Shown here: piece by piece, positions 54,768 through 64,000 of the stretch | Layout of the letters: each line of letters starts with the position of its first letter | How positions within the stretch are numbered: position 1 is the stretch's first letter | Assembly: GCA_964016885.1 (NCBI GenBank) | Contig: OZ024747.1 | Span: 73,470,001 to 73,534,000, forward strand | Length of the DNA stretch: 64,000 nucleotides | Reading direction: 5' to 3' | Origin: Eledone cirrhosa | Taxonomy: Eukaryota | Position numbers and translations under genes: made by a program | Notes under the pieces: model-generated | The model's database searches: none | Seen by the model: the letters and a program-made list of their open reading frames with translations, nothing else | Told to the model about the DNA's origin: nothing

Positions 54768-54805
54768 CCTTTACGGGTTTCGCAGTTCTTCTGCTTTTCA
54801 AAAGG
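54768..54805 (-). ncRNA. Variant-core hammerhead (UUGAAAA)
   Basis: Minus strand reads CCTT-TTGAAAA-GCAG aagaa CTGC-GAAA-CCCG-TA-AAGG. The second copy at 57607-57642 has palindromic CCGG in stem III. Confidence 0.6.
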
Positions 54806-55047
54806 TGAGTTGAGATGGAGGGTCTGTGGTTTTTCTCACATACATACATACATATATATATATATGTATGTATGTATATATATAGGCTGTCTATATGCAA
54901 CCAGAGGAGGACGAAATATATATATTGTTACACAGACACATACCAAAATGTATAATACATCATAACATATAAATGACTGGCTATTACACATAGCACGAAC
55001 CCAGTATAGAACAGAGATACAAAAACATTAAATGCATAAACACACAC

Positions 55048-55179
<132 letters not shown>

Positions 55180-55917
55180 TGTGTATGTATACGTGCTTGC
55201 TTGCGTGTCTCTATCTGTGTATATTCAGACGTATGTGTACGTGTGTGTGTGTTTTATATTCAGGTTCTCTATCTACGTGTTTACTCCCTGAACGTTTATC
55301 ATCAAGCAACAGTGGCCTTGTTTTGTTGGAAGAAATTATAATAACATAAACTGATATCGAGAAAAATGGCTGATAACTACAGGTTAAAACGAATAGCAAC
55401 AAGATGGCGAAAATAATTTTTCCTATCTTCAATGGGAATTGATTCCTTCCAAGTCTTTAAACTGGCACGTCTTTTAGTGTTTGGGATTTCTCTATCTATG
55501 CTTCTTCAGGCGATTACTGCAAACACTGTTTTTTGTTGGCATCGTATTTTGATCATTTTATGCTCCCATATACGGCAAAGAGAGAAAATGAAACGATAAC
55601 AAATACAAACTTAACAAAAGAAACAACACAATTGCATGAAAAACAAGATATGGAGGAAGAAATCAAATAATAAACAACCAGATCACAATTTTTATACCTT
55701 TATTTTACTCTTATATTCTTTTTTCTATCATTACTATATATGCTAATGTAGATTTTTAAGTTAAGCATCTTTATAACGGTTTGTGGTGTTTATTGATGCC
55801 AATTCTCATAGCTCTGCTTATATATGCTATATAGATTACACGGTGATGTGGATACAATGTTGAAAATACTTATAGACTCCACTGTTAAAATGGAATATTC
55901 CAGAAACAAACAAAACA

Positions 55918-55961
<44 letters not shown>

Positions 55962-56007
55962 TCCTTCCATCATTGTCACTGCCCGGTCTCTCTGCCTGCC
56001 ACTCTGT

Positions 56008-56075
<68 letters not shown>

Positions 56076-56163
56076 TAAATAAATATATATATATATATAA
56101 ATAAATATATATATATATATATATAAATATAAATAAATATATATATATATATAAATAAATATA

Positions 56164-56198
<35 letters not shown>

Positions 56199-56508
56199 TT
56201 ATATATATATATAAATACATATATATATGTATGCTTTTGTGTATGTATGTATGTGTGTGTAAAATAACTGTTAAGTAAATGAAGCTTATATGTATAAACA
56301 AAACTATAATACAGTTTTCCCGCACGCAATCTCTCTCTCTTTCTCTCTCTCTCACACATATATTCATTTGTACATAAATGCACACAGACACACACTGAGG
56401 AATACAATCACATATATACATGCACATGCACGCAAATACTTTCCCTCTCACACTTACACCCACACACACATACATATATGTATGTGTATGAATATATATA
56501 TATATATA

Positions 56509-56576
<68 letters not shown>

Positions 56577-56774
56577 TCATAGAAACACCAATACACACAC
56601 ACATATATACGGAGACACATACAAACACATATCTACGTAGACATACACTGAGCAGTAACCATAGAAGTAGAGCCAAGGAAAAGACAAAGATATACATAAA
56701 TACATGTAAAACATTTGAATTATTCAAATAGTTAACGTAGTCATAAACTATATTTATCGCTGTCCAGCGTTTTT

Positions 56775-57255
56775 ATGTTGTTGTTGTAGTTGTTGATGTT
56801 GTTGTCAATGTTGTTGCTGTTGCTGCTGTTGTTGTTGCGGTAGTTGTTGATGATGATTGTGATGATGATACTGATGATGATGATGATGATGATGACGATG
56901 AGGATGATGATGATGATGTTTATGAGTTAATGCTTCATATTATATTGTTGTTGTTATCGCTGTTGCCATTGATGATATTGATATTGATGGTGTTTGTAAT
57001 GGTGGTGATGTTGTTGTTGTTGTTGTTGGTGGTGGTGGTGATAATAATGCTGCTGCTGCTGATGATGATGATAGTGATGATAGTGATGATGATAGTGTGT
57101 ACGATGCTCCGTAGTTGATGTTTCCTGTTACATTGTTGATGCTGATGATTGTGATGGTGATGTTGATAGTTTACTTGGTGGTATTTCTAATGATGATTAT
57201 GATGATGTTTGTGATGATGGTGATGATGATGATGAGGATGATGACGTTGATGATG
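56775..57255. repeat. (GAT/GTT)n low-complexity tract
   Basis: Direct inspection. Confidence 0.85.
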
Positions 57256-57435
57256 AAGGTATTAATGTAGATAATAATTATGAATATCTTCATGTACATA
57301 TACATCTAGCTGTCGAAACGGTCAGAGCTCAGCCGTCAGGGTCCTGACTCTTTTCCTATTACCCACTCTACTACTCATAGTATCGAGTACTCTGGTGCCT
57401 TATGGTCCACTTGCTTCCTTACTACACTTCCTTCG

Positions 57436-57475
<40 letters not shown>

Positions 57476-57537
57476 GTGAGGTTTTTTTTACAAAATGAAA
57501 AATAACCGAGGTGTCCTACACGAGTGAAAGTATAAAT

Positions 57538-57682
57538 AAAAAGAGATGAAATCGAAAATGCAACTGAAGTCTTATTTTTTAAAAAAATATATATATTTAT
57601 TTGGTTCCTTTACCGGTTTCGCAGTTCTTCTGCTTTTCAAAAAAAATAAGACTTCAATTGCATTTTCGATTTCATCTCTTTT
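57538..57682. repeat. Fold-back repeat enclosing a truncated variant hammerhead
   Basis: aaaaagagatgaaatcgaaaatgcaactgaagtcttattttt pairs with aaaaataagacttcaattgcattttcgatttcatctcttttt. Same family as 54695-54805. Confidence 0.8.
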
Positions 57683-57683
57683 T

Positions 57684-57760
<77 letters not shown>

Positions 57761-57873
57761 TAACAGATTAAAGTTTAAGCAAAGAATCGCTACTTTCACC
57801 CTTAACGGGATATATATTTCGTTTCTGAATTTGTTTAGCAAGATTCTTTATCTGAAATCGTGTGTTGAAACCG

Positions 57874-58164
57874 ATATTGTTATGCTTTGGGAGGGTCATG
57901 TTGCCAATAAGAAACACACGTACCAGTTGTTTTCACTCCAATTTATTATAAATTAAATTTATAAATTTCCGGTTAGTTGGTTGGTTCCACAGCCAGACGA
58001 TTGTTCATATATTGTCAATATATGAACAATCGTCTGGTTGTGGAACCAACCAACCAACCGGAAATTTATAAATTCTTAAACTTATAAATTTAATTTATAA
58101 TAAATTGGAGTGAAAGTAACTGGTGCGTGTGTTTCTTATTGGCAACATGACCCTCCCAAAGCAT

Positions 58165-58172
<8 letters not shown>
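57874..58172. repeat. ~300-bp near-perfect palindrome
   Basis: Arms of ~140 bp around gttcatatattg-t-caatatatgaac. A related fragment (tattgttatacttggggagggtcat) lies at 26921 next to (TA)n. Confidence 0.9.
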
Positions 58173-58225
<53 letters not shown>

Positions 58226-58375
58226 AACCAGTAAGACCCCGACAGCTGAGCTCAAGCCGTTTCGACGGCTAATTCTCTATATATATATATTCCTCACGTC
58301 TGATAGAACTAGTAAACAATGACTTACTAGGGGAAGTATCTAGTATATGTGTGTATATATGTATGTGTGTGTATA

Positions 58376-58478
<103 letters not shown>

Positions 58479-60436
58479 GTGTGCGTGTGTGTGTGTGTGT
58501 GCGTGTGTGTGTGTGTGTATGTATGTTAAGGAAGGTAAGGGTAGGTGAAACTTTTGAATTGCCAATTCTTATGCTAGAAAGAATAATTTGTCAATCATTT
58601 GCTTTAAGGAAGAACACTTTCGTATGGCCAGAAGAATATTGCCTGCAACAATATAATGTCTCTTTTTGTTTGTTATCTCCTGAATTTCTGGCATATTTAA
58701 TCGGAATTTCGGCGAATATATTGTGAAGAGATTTTAGAAATATTCTTATCGTTTCTTCTATTTTCTTAAGTCTAGTTACGAATCAATTTATAAAACTAAT
58801 TTTTGTACCTGTCAAAAGAAAGACTAATGATAGTGTGATTTATTGAAAAATGAATCGGTCAAAAATTAGTGTATAACTTTAGTTTTCCTGAGATATGAAT
58901 TCAATGAGAAAATAAGCTTATATACACGCACCTTTATGGAAATATCTGGGTAAAGGCCCGCCCACTGGTGCTACCCAACATATAAAGTACCTCCAGCTCG
59001 AATTCTCCTTGCTTTATTGAGTAACCGTTACATATATTACAAATGAAAATTTGATAAACACAAAAAATGAAATGCAATTGCGTTAAAAGGTCTGAAGTCA
59101 CCATACTTAATGGGGCATTAAAGTACTCATGCCTTGAATTCTTCGTATAAAGAGGAAAACAGGATATCAAGGAATCAGATAATTTAGGTTTTATCTTCAT
59201 AATTATGATAAAGCTGCTAATAATAGTGGCTATTTGTAGAAAGGGTTCCACCTGCGCATATCATTTTCACAGGTATTTGTTTTACAAGATAACTGGCTGA
59301 AAATTAAACGCATATATCAGTAATGGGTATTCGTAACAGAGAGTAAGTAACTGAAAGGTTAAACATAAAAATAGATTCATGATTTTAGCAACTATATTGT
59401 GGAAGAAGGAAGCAGAAGAAATATAGACAGGAAGAGATATCATTCAACATACTTTCTATAAATTTACTAAATGCTTACATTCTATGTAAAGAAGAACAAC
59501 GTAATCTATATTTGCTGTAAAAGTTTTAAATGGAAATGTAGGATGCAAAACATAGAGTACAGAGATAAAACATTCTGTAGTAGATAAACCTGAGTTTGCA
59601 ACGAAGCTTGACAATATACTGTATATAATATATATATAACATAGACAATATAGATCATGGATAATGCTTCACCAAACACAAATGCTAACTCAACAAATAT
59701 TCAAGTAATCGCATTAGCTCTTTTCATATTGACATCTTCACGACTGTAACTCTTATGTTTTTCTAACTAATATCATATGAAATATGGACATGTGTGTGGT
59801 AGAATACACCATGAATGTGCCCAGCGGTGTGCATACATGCAATATATTAACTTACTAAAATGTACGAAGGATTTCTTTTTCTTTCTGGAATTGCAAACAA
59901 ATGCGATATTTAAGAGGTTCTGATTGAACGAAAATCTCCTTGCATGTTTCGCTTATAATGGCAAATCTCCATTTTCACGTTTAACCTTTCAATGAACGCC
60001 TTTTCCTTGCGCCTAATAGTTAGTGTAATATGTGTTTATATTTAAGCTAAGTCTTTTACAGAGTAAATACCCTTGAAAACATTATACAGAAACAGGTGGT
60101 ATTCTTTCTACTGATAAACCCTTCATACTATATGGTTTAAATTAACTGAAGCTCTCTTTTTTAAAATGTCAGGGTTAATTATGTGCGGTTATTATGAGTA
60201 TGAAAAGAAAAACGTTGCTTTTCGAAATATTTCCTATCACAAAAGCTAAGCAAGGAGTTTATTGCAGAAAGATCTGTAAATGAATAAGATAATTAGAATG
60301 GTTTCATGCTGCTTAGAATAATAAATAATATACCAATATTAGATTGGTCTTTGAATATATAGTCAACTTGAGATAATAATGGAATCTAGAAATATCTTAC
60401 TAAACAGAATTCATATAGTAACCAACGTAAATATCC

Positions 60437-60623
<187 letters not shown>

Positions 60624-60733
60624 CTTTATATATATATATAGATACAGACACAGACTCACCTCTTGCACACAAACACACACACACATGAATATATATATAT
60701 ATATGTGTGTATGTGCGTGTGTATGAGTAAATA

Positions 60734-60815
<82 letters not shown>

Positions 60816-61263
60816 TAAGTGGGTGAGTATGTAAGTATTTATATATATATGCGTAGAGAATGAAAGAGGTTAGAGAGAGAAGGATGGGGAGAAGGAATTA
60901 GTTATTGATATGGAATACATATACATGCTCATCTCATAGACATAAAATACTGAAAGTTCTTCCGTCAAATTACTGCTGTCAATATTGGTGGAAAACTGGG
61001 ATATATGTTAGATTATTTCTGACAAAGTTATTATGCTGAAATTGAAATGAGATCTTCTACATAATCTCTGCACTGTCGGCTAAACGACTATGTCTCCAGA
61101 GCTCTTCAGATATGAATATTGGGTGGAGTGAATTTCAGACCTATTGGAATCATTATCATTATGACAATTTATATTATTCAACTTGATGTCACTTGACGTC
61201 GACAAACTGCTTCGTATATGCAAGGCTATGATTTCTTTGATTGATCCGGCTAACTGACGATTG

Positions 61264-61322
<59 letters not shown>

Positions 61323-61637
61323 TACGTGGCTTTGTTTGGTATACGATCTGAAGATCATAGGAACAATTCTCAGTGACAGCGGCTTGTGATGTTTTTCAGC
61401 AAAACATTTATTTCGCGTTGCATAAATGTACTCATCTCAAGAGATTGATGTTCAACGATACTGGTGCCATCGTGTAAGGGCATTTGATTTTTTCTATTTG
61501 AAAACAACATTGGCGTGAAGAGGTGTGACGAGAAGACAGGTGATTGCTAGTTTTTCAAAATGCATCTTGCTCGGGTTCATGATATGGAAAGGAAAGTTTC
61601 AGAGGCAAACGTATGATCATTTATAATTCTGGGGCTA

Positions 61638-61691
<54 letters not shown>

Positions 61692-61845
61692 TATGCAAAA
61701 GTTCTATTTAAATTGTTGGGATACAACAAGCAAATATTTTTATAACTGATATAAAGCACTCAACAAGTATTTGGAGTGGTGTCCTTGAAATATGTATAAT
61801 AAAATAAATATGGTTTTACAAATATAGTTTCCATTTGTTAATATC

Positions 61846-61888
<43 letters not shown>

Positions 61889-63194
61889 AATGTATGTATG
61901 TGTGTGCGTGTGCGCGTGTGTGTGTGTCCATGTCCGTGTCTGTGTGTCTGTGTATCTGTGTGTGTTTTTGTATGTATGTTTATATAGGGGTGCAAATGAA
62001 AAGGTATGCCAATAACATTTCGAGTTCTGTCTCAGTCTACAACCAACAACCTTTTTATTCCTGGTATAATCCGCGAAGGAAGATAAGAATCTATTTCATT
62101 TGAGTAAAACCATTAGAACACACGATGTAAAAAAACCCAGAAAAATCCTTAATGAAAATCATGTCGTATTTATTTTTAACACTAGTTTCTAAAAAATAAT
62201 TAAAACGAATGAAAATATATACGATGTAAAAAAGAAAGAAAAACTTGCCGAAGCTGCTTTGTGAATATATACATAGCATTCTCCAGGAAAGTTAGTTATA
62301 AAATAATGAATAACTTAAACATTTTATTTTTCTCTTCATTTTCTCTTGAATATTTTTGTCTTTATACAAATAATTTGTAATGTTTTTAACACTTTTATTT
62401 CATTATTTTGTGAAACAATTATCTCAATTCTTAAATAGTTTTGTTTTGTAATATTCCATATTTTTGTTATTTAAATAATTAATCCTTCTATAAATTACCT
62501 ATATTTAAGTTGATTGATAATTTACCAGTAGTTTTCCATATTATTACATCGTCAATCTTCATTTATTTTTGGCACAAGTAATCGTTTGGCACAAGTAATG
62601 ATTAATAAAATTTAAATATATTTAAACTTAGCGTTTATATATTTGGTTAATATGAATAAAGTCTATTTTCTTTATGTTGGTATAAATTTCAATGCATAAT
62701 AAAAATGTTGTTCGCTATAAACTGTTTAGATATTCACGACTCTCATTAAAAAAAACAACATTATTTCATATATTTTAAATTAAACACTACCAGTTTTGCT
62801 AGAGGTTTCACTATATATATATTTCTATATACATTATAGAATATCATACAGGATTATTTATTTTAAATTTTATTTAGTATATTTAGTATATCAAGTATAT
62901 TTAGTATATCTTATTTGATGATTATTTTATGGATTGTTCGATTTTCACTTCTAACTCGTCATTTTCTCTTTTTCATGTTCTCTCACGTTAAGATTAAACG
63001 CTGATACTAATTTAAAATACAATATATAGAATCTACTACGAGTATGTCGGTTGTGCAGGATAAGGAGTTACAGAGAGATATTTTATTAACTTTAGACTTT
63101 CATACACTATCTGTCTATCTATCCCTCTCTCTCTATATATATAACTAGCCGTCCCTCTCTCCAAGGCCATATACATACAATATAAGAGGCAAAT

Positions 63195-63308
<114 letters not shown>

Positions 63309-64000
63309 TGTAGTTGTCTGTGTAGGTGTGTCCTCATTTTTGCAAAGTCTATACAAATCCACATTTCTACTCCGATTGACTTCAAACTTGCATTTATATA
63401 TTCCTTGCGGTCTAAAGATATTAACTACAGCTTTTACTTTTCAATTTTATGTTGTTAAAGGGGTGTTAGGCGCCGACTATCGATCTCCGTTAAGCCCTTA
63501 TAATATCTGTATGTATGTCTGACTGTCTGCATTACGACATTATGACAAACATTGATGACGTATTATGTTCGCTATTTTCCGTTCATTGCCAGAGAACGTC
63601 TTCACGAACCAAAGTATCGTCTTCCTGTTTTCCCACGGTTGCAACATTTTTCAAAATATTTACTTCTGCGTTCACAGATTGATTTTTTTAGTTTCAGAAG
63701 ATCCCGTTAAGGGTGAACGCAGTGATTCTTTGCTTAAACTTTAATCTGTTATTTTAATACATAATATAAGCGAGGTAAGCCAGCCCAGTTGCCACTTCTT
63801 GCCAATAAACATTAACCCTTTGTGCGCCATTCATCTAACTGTAGACCAACAAATACCAACTAAATAGAGCATTGACAAGAACGATGGCGAATGAATCTTC
63901 GAAGTAAGCAGTTTCCCCCCGAGCTGTTAGTTCACGCGGGATTCTCTGCTACACCTTTTCGTAATAACAACGTACTGCTGGTAACTCCTTCCTCCAAAAG

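Noticed and set aside
55211-55432. Signal-peptide-like ORF (KIGKIIFAILLLFVLTC)
   Set aside because: It starts at TTG, has no clear splice sites, and runs into microsatellite.
58934-59251. 105-aa non-repetitive ORF
   Set aside because: GTG start and no recognisable motif, so it is compatible with chance.

Overview
AT-rich, microsatellite-saturated animal genomic DNA with a 200-N gap at 28284-28483. The repeat content suggests a cephalopod such as Octopus; this is inference. Most ORF-track entries are translations of simple repeats. The supported mobile elements are: many copies of tRNA-derived SINEs (two with 17-bp target-site duplications), two RTE-clade LINE fragments, an internally deleted mariner with ~105-bp TIRs, a non-autonomous Helitron with a helicase remnant, and decayed Penelope RT and pogo-like transposase remnants. 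A short minus-strand multi-exon gene end is possible and weakly BRICHOS-like. Three signals stand out. (1) Several unrelated families of minimal type-I hammerhead ribozymes, often inside long fold-back inverted repeats next to (TA)n tracts, as expected for Penelope-like pseudo-LTRs or retrozymes. (2) A U6 snRNA-SINE chimeric retrocopy inside a stack of three insertions that reuse one 15-bp target site. (3) A ~450-bp palindrome whose two arms each carry an inward-facing tRNA-like Pol III promoter. All calls were made by eye; no database searches were run.
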